Assembly (NCBI GenBank): GCA_963766715.1
Contig: CAVYBH010000008.1
Span: 576,001-640,000 of the forward strand
Direction of reading: 5' to 3'
DNA length: 64,000 nucleotides
Source: an uncultured delta proteobacterium
Lineage (GTDB): Bacteria > Myxococcota > Myxococcia > Myxococcales > Anaeromyxobacteraceae
Numbering within the stretch: the stretch's first letter is position 1; every line of letters begins with the position of its first letter. Below are positions 27,508-37,772 of the stretch, one piece after another. The notes under the pieces were generated by a model, which was not told the DNA's origin, made no database searches, and saw only the letters and a program-made list of their open reading frames with translations. Position numbers and translations under genes: made by a program.

Positions 27508-28505
27508 TCAGCGGGCGGGGCGCGACGACGTCGCGAGCCTCGAGAGCGCCTCCTCGAGCTCCCGGGCGGAGACGGGCTCCGTGATCGGCTTCCCCTGCCG
27601 GGCTCGCTCCGCGCGCTGGCCCGTCACCGTGCCGACCACCCGGGTGCCGGCTCCATCCGGCGAGAGGCGGAACTCCAGGTCGACCGCGGCGGGCCGAGGC
27701 CGATCGGTCTCCAGCTCGACCACCACGCCCTCGGGGCTGGAGGAGAGGATCGACAGCCGGCCCTGGCCCACGCTCGCGTTCCCGGACCAGAAGTAGCTCG
27801 AGCCCGGGCCGCTCGGCGTTCCGCCGTAGCTCCGGCGCACGTCCGGGTCGAGGGATTCCCGCGGCCACCAGGCCGTCCATCGGTGGAGGTCGGCGAGGAG
27901 GGCGAGCACCGCATCGGGCCGCGCGTCCACGCGCGCCTCGCGCTCGATCCGGTAGGTCTTCACGCGAGCCTCGGCCTCGGCCACCGCCTTCAGCCGCTCG
28001 AGCCCCTGCTCGAGCTCGGCCTCCGTGCCGGAATCCCGGTCGCCACCGGAAGAGGAGCCTCTCCGTGAGGGACAGCGGGCCGCTCTGGATCCAGGTGAGC
28101 CGCGTGCCGCTCCCCTCCGGCTCCAGCCGGAACTCGAGATCGTCGACCACGGCCCGGGGCTCTTCCATCTCCCGCTCGAGCTCGATCCGGCCAGGCGCCT
28201 CCGACAGGAGCGTCAGGCGTCCCCGGCCCAGGCCGGCCGCGCTCTCCCAGAAGTAGGTCGAGCCCACGCCGGTGGATGGCCCGCCGTAGCTCCGCCGGGC
28301 CCCCGGGTCGCGCGGCTCTCGGGGAGACCAGGCGAGCCAGCGCCGGAGGTCGGTGATCTGGGCGGCAGGCGACCTCCGGGGACGCCTCCACGTGGATCGA
28401 CCGCTCGACCCGCCGGGTCGAGGGGCCGGCGACCGCCAGGACCACGGCGGCCGCGACCGCGAACCCGATCGCGGCGGCGATTCCAGGGAAGGCCTTCCTC
28501 CACAC
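27508..28505 (-). CDS. Membrane-anchored tandem SRPBCC (START-fold) protein, paralog 1; frameshifts
   Basis: N-terminal TM, two copies of (V/I)ER....A.P......DL.RW..W.P...YGG..GxGS.Y.W, C-terminal helix LE.(G/A)L.RL. Confidence 0.78.
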
Positions 28506-28520
28506 GGCGTCCCCGGGCGG

Positions 28521-29453
28521 CTATCCCGTCTGGCCGAGCTTCGGATCCCGGGGCGGGCGCCGCAGGACGACCACTCTCGACGCGGTGCAGCTCCCTTCGC
28601 CGTTCGATTCCAGGCAGGTCCGGAGCTTCTTCATGGCCCGCGCCTCGAGCTGCCGCGCTCGCTCCCGGCCGCACCCGAGGCGCTCCCCCACCGCGGCCAG
28701 GGTGAGGGCGGGCTCGTTCATGATCCGCAGCTCGACGACCAGCCGCTCCCGCTCGTCGAGGCATCCGAGGGCGGCGCGTACCCGCTGGCAGTCGATGGCG
28801 TTCTCCTGCGCCAGGCTGAGCAGGTCGTCCTGCCGGGCCTCGCCGGAGGGCATGCAGTCGAGGCAGGACTGCTCGCCGTCGGAGACCGGGGCGTCGAGGG
28901 AGACGTCCCGCCCCTCGATGCGCCGGCGCATCTCCTCAATCGCGGGGGGTTCCACCCCGAAGCAGCGCGCCAGCATGGGGACGATCTTCGCCGCGGCCTC
29001 GGGGTCGCCGGCGTCGGACTGGTTCGTCAGCTCCTTCTGCTTCCGGCTGAGGGAGAAGAACAGGCGGCGCTGTGCGGTGGTCGTCCCGAGCTTCACGAGC
29101 GACCAGGTGTGAAGGATGTGGTTCAGGATCCGGGCCCGGATCCAGACGGCGGCGTAGGTGACGAGGCGGACCTCCCTCTCGGGGTCGAAGCGCTCGACCG
29201 CCTGGATCAGCCCGAGGTTCCCCTCCTGGACGAGGTCGGCCATCCGCCGGCCTTCCGAGCAGTACTCCCGGGCGATCCGCACCACGAAGCGCAGGTTGGA
29301 GGTGACCAGCATCTGCGCCGCCCTGGGGTTGCCGGTCCGTCGATAGAGGCGGGCGAGCTCCCTCTCCTCCTCCGCCGACAGCACGGGGATGGCCCGGATG
29401 TCGGTGAAGTACCGGCTCAGCGCCTCGACGCCTCGCTCGACCCTGGCGGTCAC
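28521..29453 (-). CDS. RpoH/sigma32-family sigma factor, paralog 1
   Basis: LVTSNLRFVV, DLVQEGNLGL, FDPE, YAAVWIRA, RpoH-box-like WSLVKLGTTTAQRRLFFSL, ERARQLE. Confidence 0.88.
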   Translation of the reverse strand: MTARVERGVEALSRYFTDIRAIPVLSAEEERELARLYRRTGNPRAAQMLVTSNLRFVVRIAREYCSEGRRMADLVQEGNLGLIQAVERFDPEREVRLVTYAAVWIRARILNHILHTWSLVKLGTTTAQRRLFFSLSRKQKELTNQSDAGDPEAAAKIVPMLARCFGVEPPAIEEMRRRIEGRDVSLDAPVSDGEQSCLDCMPSGEARQDDLLSLAQENAIDCQRVRAALGCLDERERLVVELRIMNEPALTLAAVGERLGCGRERARQLEARAMKKLRTCLESNGEGSCTASRVVVLRRPPRDPKLGQTG

Positions 29454-29593
29454 GGCGAATCCTCGAAGCGGACGTTTCGCGGCCAGGAACGACAGTGAGA
29501 CAGGTTGCTCATGAGCCCTCCCAGGCGCGCCCCGTGAGGGGCCCCAAACAGGGCTGCGGCAATCCGCCGCAGGCACTCTCTGCTCATGACACC

Positions 29594-29607
29594 CTGATCT
29601 GGATCAA
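29594..29607. promoter_or_regulatory. Fnr/Crp-family-like box
   Basis: CTGAT-CTGG-ATCAA versus the Fnr consensus TTGAT-N4-ATCAA; upstream of the RpoH-like gene. Confidence 0.45.
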
Positions 29608-29838
29608 GCTTCTCCCGTAACCATGTGACACCGCAGGGCAATTTTTTGACGATCTGATCGCTGGAAGGCGCGCCTCGAACGAGCTCCGGTCCTCCAAGTC
29701 ACCATGAGTACAGGGGTAACTGGATTTTTCCTGGACAGGATTTCGCCCGTCGGTTTCACTAAAAGTTACGGGTTTCTCACGATGTCCCTGATGGGGTGTC
29801 TCGGGGAAAACGCCCGGCCGTGGCTCACGAAAAGCGAA

Positions 29839-29878
29839 CGGACCGACGCCCACCCCATCGGGCGGGTCGTCGGTCCGG
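29839..29878 (-). terminator. Terminator hairpin after lipoprotein 1
   Basis: CGGACCGACG...CGTCGGTCCG stem; on the minus strand followed by TTCGCTTTT. Confidence 0.65.
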
Positions 29879-29890
29879 GAAAGCGACGCC

Positions 29891-31974
29891 TTACTTCGTG
29901 TAGGTCCAGCGCTTCACGAGGCCGCAGAAGCCGCCGGACTGGCCGTCGACCATCCACGGGCCGGGCCAGCGAAGGTCCATGAGGTAGGCCCCGGCGCTGG
30001 TGGCGAGCACCGGCACGTTCAGGCTCACGGGGCCGGGCGGGATGTTCTGCGGCGAGCCCGAGGCCACGAGCGCACGAGTGGCCGGGTCGTACCCGTAGAG
30101 CGTCGCCTGCGGGAAGATGCTGGCCATCATGGGAACCCCGACGTTCAGCGTGATGTCGGCCGTCGTGGAGACGTGGAGCGGCGCGGCGGGCGGAGCCGCC
30201 GGCACGAGCTGTCCGCCAATCGGCGGCGTCGAGGAGACCGCCACGTCGGAGGGACACGGGAAGACCAGCGTGCGCTGCTCGAGCTTGCCGCTCACGGTCG
30301 CGGTGGCGACGAGCACGATCCGGCCGCCGCTACCGACCACGGGCTGGGGGCCCGCCGGATCTACGCGCCAGTAGGCGCCGTTCAGGTTCGGGTCGCGAAG
30401 CAGCGGCACCCCGTTCAGCGTCACCACGGTCCCGGCGGGCGGGATGAAGTTGCCCGAGCTGATGGAGCCGAAGGTGACGACGACCAGGCCCTGCACCGTG
30501 GGCTCTCCCCTGGCGGGATCGACCACGTAGAGCCCCTGGGCGGCGCCCATCTCCCAGCGGTTGCTGCCCGAGCCCCCGGTCGGAGGTGGATTCGGATCGG
30601 CGACCGGACCCGGCGTTCCGGGCGGCGGCGGGAAGCTGGTGCCCGAAGGATTGACCGTGACGGTCACGCTCGCGGGCGAGGAGCTGGCGTTCGCATCCGT
30701 CACGACCAGCGAGAAGACCAGCGTGACCGGAGCCGAGCCGCTCGCCACGGTGGGCGCGGTGAAGGTGGGCTTCACGGCCGAGGCAGAGGAGAGCGCGACC
30801 GCCGGGCCGGAGCTCTGGGTCCACGCATAGGTGATGGCCTGGGCGTCCGGGTCGTGGCTGGCGCTTCCGTCGAGCGTGACCGCCGCGCCGGAGCTCACCG
30901 CCTGGTCGGGGCCGGCGTTCGCGACGGGCGCCGGATTGGGCGGCGGCAGCGGACTGACGGTGACGGTGACGGCCGACGGCGTGGAGGCGCCGTTCGCGCT
31001 CGTCACGGAGAGCGAGAACGCGAGCATCGCGGATGGCTGCCCGGCAGGCACCGTGGGCGCCGTGAAGGTCGGATGGACGGCCGCGGCGCCGGAGAGGCTG
31101 ACCGCCGGGCCGGAGGTCTGGGTCCACTGGTAGGAAAGCGTGGCCCCGGCCGGATCGGCGCTGGCGCTCCCGTCGAGCGTCACCGCCGCGCCGGAGGCGA
31201 CCACCTGATCGGGCCCGGCGCTGGCCACCGGCGCCTGGACCGGGGGAGGCGGCGGTGGGGGCTGCGACGCCGGTGCGGGATCGACGGTCACGGAGACGGT
31301 CGAGGGCGCCGACGCGCCTCCCGCGCTCGTCACCACGAGGGAGAAGCTCAGGGTCGCGGCGGGCTGACCGGACGCCACGAACGGCGCCGTGAAGCTGGGC
31401 CGGGACACGCCGCGTTGCTCGAGAGGGCCACGGCCGGCCCGGAGAGCTGGACCCACTGGAAGGAGAGCGCAAGCCCGGACGGATCGCTGCTGCCGCTGCC
31501 GTCGAGGGTCACCGACGCGCCCGAGGCCACCACCTGGTCGGGGCCCGGCGGCGGCGACGGGCGGCTGGCTCACCGGGCGCCGACGCCGGATTCACGGTCA
31601 CCATCTCCGCGGCGGGCGAGCGAGGTCCCGTTCGCGCTGCTCACCGTGAGAGAGAAGGCCAGGGTCGCGGCCGGCTGGCCAGCCGCCACGAGGGGCGCCG
31701 TGAAGGACGGGCGCGCCACCGCGGCGTCGCTGAGCGCCACCGCCGGTCCCGCCGACTGGCTCCAGTGGTAGGTGATCGCCATCCCGGCCGGATCGCTGCT
31801 CGCGCTTCCATCCAGCGTCACCGCGGCTCCGGACGGCACCGCCAGGTTGGGGCCGACACGCGCGAGCGGCGCCTGGGGCGAAGCGGGCGGCTGGGTGGAC
31901 GACGCAGGCGAGCTCATGCCGCCACAGGCCAGCGCGAGGAGCGGGAGGAGAAGTGCGATGCGGTTCGACGTCAT
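29891..31974 (-). CDS. Lipoprotein 1: 4 PKD-like repeats plus an unrecognised C-terminal domain; frameshifts
   Basis: Lipobox LALA-C; repeats AGPDQ.V.SGA.VTLDGS.S.DP...W.Q.SGP...P.FTAP; ends DLRWPGPWMVDGQSGGFCGLVKRWTYTK. Confidence 0.82.
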
Positions 31975-32027
31975 GTCAGGCCTCCGGTGAGTCCGCGAGG
32001 GCGCGCGTCGCTCCTCGTCGTCCCTGT

Positions 32028-32055
32028 AGACACCGCACGTCCCCTGGATGTGTCA
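32028..32055 (-). promoter_or_regulatory. Putative ECF-type promoter TGAC-N18-GTGTCT
   Basis: ~53 nt upstream of ATG 31974; same motif and spacing at three other sites. Confidence 0.6.
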
Positions 32056-32092
32056 TTCCGGGCGCCGCGGTCTTGTAACTGCACAGTGCGCA

Positions 32093-33508
32093 TCACTTCG
32101 TGTACGTCCAGCGCTTCACGAGGCCGCAGAAGCCGCCGGTCTCGCCGTCGATGACCCAGTGGCCGGGCCAGCGCAGGTCCATCAGGTAGGCAGCGGCCGT
32201 GGTGGCGAGCACCGGGACGTCCTGGCTCACCGGGCCGGGCAGGATGTTCTGCGGGGAGCCCGACGCGACGAGCGCGCGGGTGGCCGGGTCGTATCCGTAG
32301 AGCGTCGCCTGCGGGTAGACCCCGATGAGCGGGGCGATCCCGACGTTCAGGGTCAGGTCGGCCGTGGTGGTGAGGTGGACCGGAGTCCCCACCGTCAGCG
32401 CCGCGCCGACCGGTGGCGTGGACGCGACCGCGACGTCGGAGGGACACGGAAGCACCAGCGTGCGCTGGACGACGCGTCCCCGCGTCGTTGACGGTCGCCA
32501 CCAGGACGATCCGCCCCCCGCTCCCGACCACCGGCTGGGTTCCGGCGGGATCGACGCGCCAGTAGCTTCCGTTCAGGGCCGGGTCGCGGAGCATGGGGAC
32601 GCCGTTCAAGGTCACCGTGCCTCCGGCGGGGATGGCGCCCTTGTCGAGGGTGACGACGAGGAAGCCCTGCACCGAGGGCTCCCCCTTGGCGGGATCGACG
32701 ACGTAGAGCCCCTGGGCCGCGCCCAGCTGGAAGCGGTTGCTGCCGGAGCCGCCTGCCGGCGGCGGGTTGGGATCGAAGGGGCCGGCGCGGGCGTTCCGGG
32801 CGGCGTCGGGTTCGTCGTTCCGGCCGCGTTGACCGTGACGGTCACCGTGTCGGGTGACGAGCTCGCGTTCGCATCGGTCACCACCAGCGAGAAGACCAGC
32901 GTGACGGGGCGCGACCCGCTGGCCACGGCCGGCGCCGTGAAGGTGGGGCCGGCCGACGGCGAGGAGGAGAGCGCCACCGCGGGGCCGGCGGTCTGCGTCC
33001 AGGCGTACGTGATGGCCTGGCCGTCGGGATCGTGGCTGCCGCTCCCGTCGAGCGTGACGGCCGCGCCCGACGCCACCGCCTGATCCGGCCCCGCGCTCGC
33101 CACCGGCGGAGGATTGGCCTGGGCGGCTGGACTCACCGTGACCGCAACCGTCGCGGGCGCCGAGGCGCCACTCGCGCTCGTCACCATGAGCGAGAAGGAG
33201 AGCGCGACGGCCGGCTGTCCGGCCGGGACCACGGGCGCCGTGAAGGTGGGCCGGACGGCGGACGCGCTGCTCAGGCTCGCGGCCGGACCCGAGGCCTGGG
33301 TCCACTGATAGGAAAGAGAGCCGCCGGCGGGATCGTGGCTGCCGCTCCCGTCGAGCGTCACCACCGCACCGGATGCGACCGCCTGGTCCGGCCCGGCGCT
33401 CGCCACCGGAAGCTGGGGACCCTGCTGCGCGGGGGAGGACGTTCCCCCACATGCGCCTGCGAGGACGGAGAGGACGGAGGTGAGAAGGGCGGCACGAGCG
33501 GTGGTCAT
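32093..33508 (-). CDS. Lipoprotein 2: 2 PKD-like repeats plus the same C-terminal domain as lipoprotein 1; frameshifts
   Basis: Lipobox LAGA-C; ends DLRWPGHWVIDGETGGFCGLVKRWTYTK. Confidence 0.82.
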
Positions 33509-34562
33509 CGCGAGCTCCCCTGCGAGGAGGCGGGCAGTGCCCGCGCGTCCACCCTGGAAGACACATGTCGCTCCGCGCGAGCGTCAGGAATCACGCGCCC
33601 GCCTTGCTTCTGATCGTGGCCTTCGCTCACCGCCTTGAGGCGGGCGAGGCCGGCCTCCAGGCTCGACGCCGTCGATGCCCGGATCGCCGTTCAGGATCCA
33701 GGTGACGCGGGTGCCCTTCCCCTCCAGGGCGACCCGGAACTCGAGGTCGGTGCTGATGGCGCGAGGCGCGTCCAGCTGCAACTCGACCTCGACGCGGTTC
33801 GCGGCCGTGGCCGTCACCGTGGCGCGCCCCGCCCCTGCTTCCCCGGCGTCCCGCCAGAAGTAGGTGGAGCCCACGCCCGACTTCGGACCGCCGTAGGTCC
33901 GCTTCGCCCGGCTTCCGGTCCCCATCCAGGGAGACCAGGCCGCCCACCGGCGGAGATCGACGATCTGGCCGAGCACCACCTCGGGCGGGGCCTCGACCAG
34001 GATGGATCGCTCGATCCGGGCCACGGGAACGAGCGCCTGGGCCTCGGCAACCTTCTTCAGTCCATGGAGGCCCGCGTCGACCTCGCGCTCGGCCTTCTTC
34101 CGTCCGCCGAACCGCCAGAGCAGCCGGTCGAGGAGGTCGTTCTCTCCCGAGACGATCCAGGTGACCTTCGTGCCGTCGCCCGCCGGGGCGAAGGCGAATT
34201 CCAGGTCGCTGGAGGAAGGCCTGGGGGTCTCGAGCTCCCGCTCGATCTCGACGCGATCGGCGGTGGAGAGCACCACCGTCATGTGGCCCTTCCCGAGCGG
34301 TGGCTCGGCGGACCAGAAGTAGCTCGCGCCCGCGCCCTTCTCGGGTCCACCGTACCGGCGCTCCACCTTCTCCATGCCCACTTCCCGGGGCGACCACGCC
34401 ATCCAGCGCTGTGGACTGGCCACCTGGTCCACGACCGCGCCCTGGAGGCGCGTTCACGACGGCCGAGCGCTCCACCCGGTAGGTCGAGGGGCCGACGGTG
34501 GAGAGCCCCATCCCGACGACGGCGGCGGCGACGACGAACGCGGCGACGGCGATCTTCCACAT
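33505..34562 (-). CDS. Membrane-anchored tandem SRPBCC protein, paralog 2; frameshifts
   Basis: MWKIAVAAFVV TM, GPSTYRVERS, two SRPBCC units. The corrected frame LEAGLARLKAV... stops at TGA 33505, overlapping the lipoprotein 2 ATG (ATGA). Confidence 0.78.
33559..33586 (-). promoter_or_regulatory. Putative ECF-type promoter TGAC-N18-GTGTCT
   Basis: ~50 nt upstream of ATG 33508. Confidence 0.6.
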
Positions 34563-34650
34563 GGCGCGGCCTCCTCCGGCACGTCGACGGGACATGAAAC
34601 GGCGGCGGCCAGGGGGCGGACCTGCCGCCCCCCGACCGCCGCGACACTGC

Positions 34651-37201
34651 CTACTGGCGGATCCGGTCCAGGCCGTGCGGCGGGCTGATGCCGCCGAGGT
34701 TGGACTTCACGACGAGCGGGGTCGCCGGAGGAACCGCGGGCTCGGGAGCCCCGACCAGGACCAGGATGTAGACCCCGCCGCCGTTGTTCGTGAACGTCGC
34801 CCCGAGCTGCGACGGGTCGAACGTGGTGCCGGTGGCCGTGACGTAGGGCTGCAGGGTCAGGACCACGTTCGGGCTGACCACCGACGAGCTGGCGTTCACC
34901 GTCAGGCGCTGCTTGCCGGTCCGGTACTCGGTGGCGGTGATGAGGACCGAGTCAGGCAGCGGATTCACGGTGACCGTGGTCGAGACCGGGGTCGCCGCCA
35001 GGCCCGCCGCGTTGTTCGTGTTGACGGTCACGGTGACGGTGGTGGACGTCGATCTGCCCGACCGGCAGGGTGGGCGCCGTGTAGGTCACGGTGACCGTGC
35101 AGGGAGACGTCGTGCAGGAGACCGGCGTCACCGACCAGGTTGATGAGGGCCGGGGTGCCGGTCTGCGACACGGTGAAGGTGAGCGGCAGCGCGGCGGCAC
35201 GTTCGGGTCGGTCGCCGCTGACGGTGTAGTGCCCGGTGGCGCCCGAGAAGACCGAGGCGTCGATGACTGGGCGGTCATGGTCGGCGTGCCGGGCGCGCTG
35301 ACGTTCACCACGGCGGTGGCCTGCGAGTGCCGCAGGCGTTCGACGCGGTCACGGTCAGGTTCACCGGTGGCCGGGCCGGTGGGGGCGGTGAAGGTCGGGT
35401 TCGCGACGGTGAGCGCCGAGAGCGTCCCCTGGCCGGCTGCGGGTGCCGTCCACCGGAAGGTGATCGGCGGCGGTGCCGGTGGCGGTGGCGGCGAGGGCCA
35501 CCGATCCGCCGCGAGGCGACGGTGTACGGCCCGCCGGGACTGGCGACGGGCGGCGTGCAGGCCGGCGTCGGGACCACGCTGCTCGGCCACGGGTTCAGCT
35601 GGCCGACGACGCGTGCCGGTGGAGGACGTGTAGCCGCCCTGTGCTCAGGAACGCGATGGTGTTGAAGTTGTTCTCGACGATGGGCGAGCCGGGGATGTTC
35701 TCGGGGAAGATGTACTCGCCGATCGGCGCGTGGTACTGGCCGTAGAAGATCCCGTTGGCCGTAGGTCGCCGCCGATCGCGTTGGCGCGGGACCTGGCACT
35801 GCAGCCCCTCGATGACGGCGCGCATCTCGCGGGTCGGCGGCAGGAAGGTGCCGCCGGAGGCGGCGTGCAGGACTTCTGGTCGGCCACGGTCGCCGTGCAG
35901 GGCGGACGGAAGCGCCAGCGCCCCTTCACCGCGCCGGTGGGCGGGCCCGGATCGACGCCGATGGTGCCCCAGTCGCGGTCGGTGGTGGCGCCGGTCAGCG
36001 GATCGAGGTCGATGCCGTAGAGGTGGACGTTGCGGGTCGGGTCGGTGGTCATGCCCTCGAACCGGGTGCGGATGGCGGCCTCTCCGGCGCCGAGGACGGT
36101 GAGCCCGCCGGTGCCGATGAGGCTCACCTCGACCGAGACGTAGGCCGGGTTGGTGCCGGGCCAGGTGTAGATGGCGACGTTGCTGATGATGGTGTGGGCC
36201 GAGACGTAGGTCGCGCTCGTCCCGGTGAGCGGGCCACGGACCGGTCGTCGGCGTGGCCGGCGTCCTGTCACCAGCGTGCCGGCGAAGGTCACGTAGTCGC
36301 CGACCTCCATGGGCGCCTGCTTGGTGGCGTCGGGAGGACGCCGGGCAGGCGACCGGATCGTTCATCTGGATGATGGCGGGAAGCCGCGGCGGCCGGTGGC
36401 CGGTTCGACTGCGGGCAGAGCGGGTCCGGCGTGCGACGCGCTCGGGGCGACCCGCGGGAAGCACATCGGGAAGCCGGTGGCCGAGCGTGATGGTCGGGAT
36501 TGGCGTCGTCGACGGCGAAGCGCGGAGTCGGGGACGTGGTGGCGCGGCCGAAGCGGCCCAGCGGGTCGTTGATCCGCACCCGGGTGCCGGTGCAGTTGGC
36601 GCCGCCTGCCGCCGTGTTGCCGGCGGTCGGCGTCAGCCGGGATCGGGGATATCCGCCGACCCGCATCTCGCCGAGGGCGTAGTCCATGAAGTTGATGAAG
36701 CCGGCGCCGGCGTTCAGGTCCTGCTGGGGATGTGGATGAGGCCGGCGATGTAGACGTCGGCTCCTCCCGTCCCGCCGAGCACCCGGTTGCCGGTGACGTG
36801 CGCCTCGTAGGTGGTGAGGGGCGCCGGGATGTCGGCCAGCGCCATGCCGGTCGCGACGCCGGTGTACGGCGCCGGCGCCAGCGCGAAGAGCTCCTGCCAG
36901 GTGAAGGCGCGTGGCCGGCAGGATCACGATGGTCTCCGACGGCACGATGATGGTGTGGCCGTTCACCTTGATGATGCCGCCCTGGTGGGCCCCGACGCCC
37001 GGACCCACGTTGAGCCCGGAGGTTCCGGCCCCCAGGGTCGCCTCCTGGATGAACCCGGTGATGTCGAACTGGGTGGACGCCGGCATGGGCAGCTGGGCCT
37101 GCGCCGGGACCGCGACCGCATCGCGGCGAGGACCGCCGCGAGCGATCGCCAGCCCGTTCCTCTTCGATCCTTCGCATCCAACTCGAGACCTGGCTTTTCA
37201 T
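34651..37201 (-). CDS. Large secreted protein B, paralog of 22233..24872; heavily frameshifted
   Basis: Shared blocks FDITGFIQEATL, QQDLNAGAGFINFMDY, RINDPLGRFGR, GFPMCFPR, EVGDYVTF, RTRFEGMTTDP, GRWRFRPP, GQYHAPIGEYIFPEN, VGQLNPWP, EYRTGKQRLTVNASSSV. Confidence 0.75.
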
Positions 37202-37772
37202 TTTGATGCTCCCTTGTTCTGCGCCGGCGTACCGGACCACCTCGGCACCCGGCTCGATGTCGGGTGCGGCGTGAAGCAACGGTGATCGTCGTCCATCGGC
37301 CACGTCAGTCCCTCCCGCACGGGACGCGTCGTGCCGCCGAGGAGCCTGGCTCCGGAGGCACTCCCGGATCTCGATGCAGGTGCATGGGAATGGATGCATC
37401 GGCGCGCGAGCGCACGCTGCGGGCTGACTTGCCGGGGCACGGCTTCCTCTCCCGGGCGCGACTCGACCCGGCCGGATGGACGATCCCGCCTCGGGCAGGA
37501 ACGGTGGGGACGGGGCCGCCGGCAGGCCATCCCCCGCTCGGGTCATCCGTCCCTCGGCGGTGGCGGCGGTCCGGCACCCTTCACCGGATGGCGAACGTTT
37601 GCTTGCGCTTCCGGGCCGGAGCCTGTCTCCGCGTCGCGGGACTGGGGTCTTCCGCGATCGTCGTCAGCGTTCAGGCGTTCCAGGACGTCCCCGGGTCGCG
37701 AGGACTCGGGGACGTGTTCCGGGGAGGTCGGGCCACCAACGACTCGACCAAGAGTCAAAAAGGGGAATCCAG

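Noticed and set aside
29891..33508. Repeated DNA blocks as a CRISPR array or mobile repeat
   Set aside because: They are ~280-bp degenerate coding repeats (PKD units) with no fixed repeat-spacer pattern, and there are no cas genes.
37589..37602. Sigma54 promoter TGGCGAACGTTTGC before oxidase 1
   Set aside because: GG-to-GC spacing is 9 rather than 10; it would be valid only if a base is missing.
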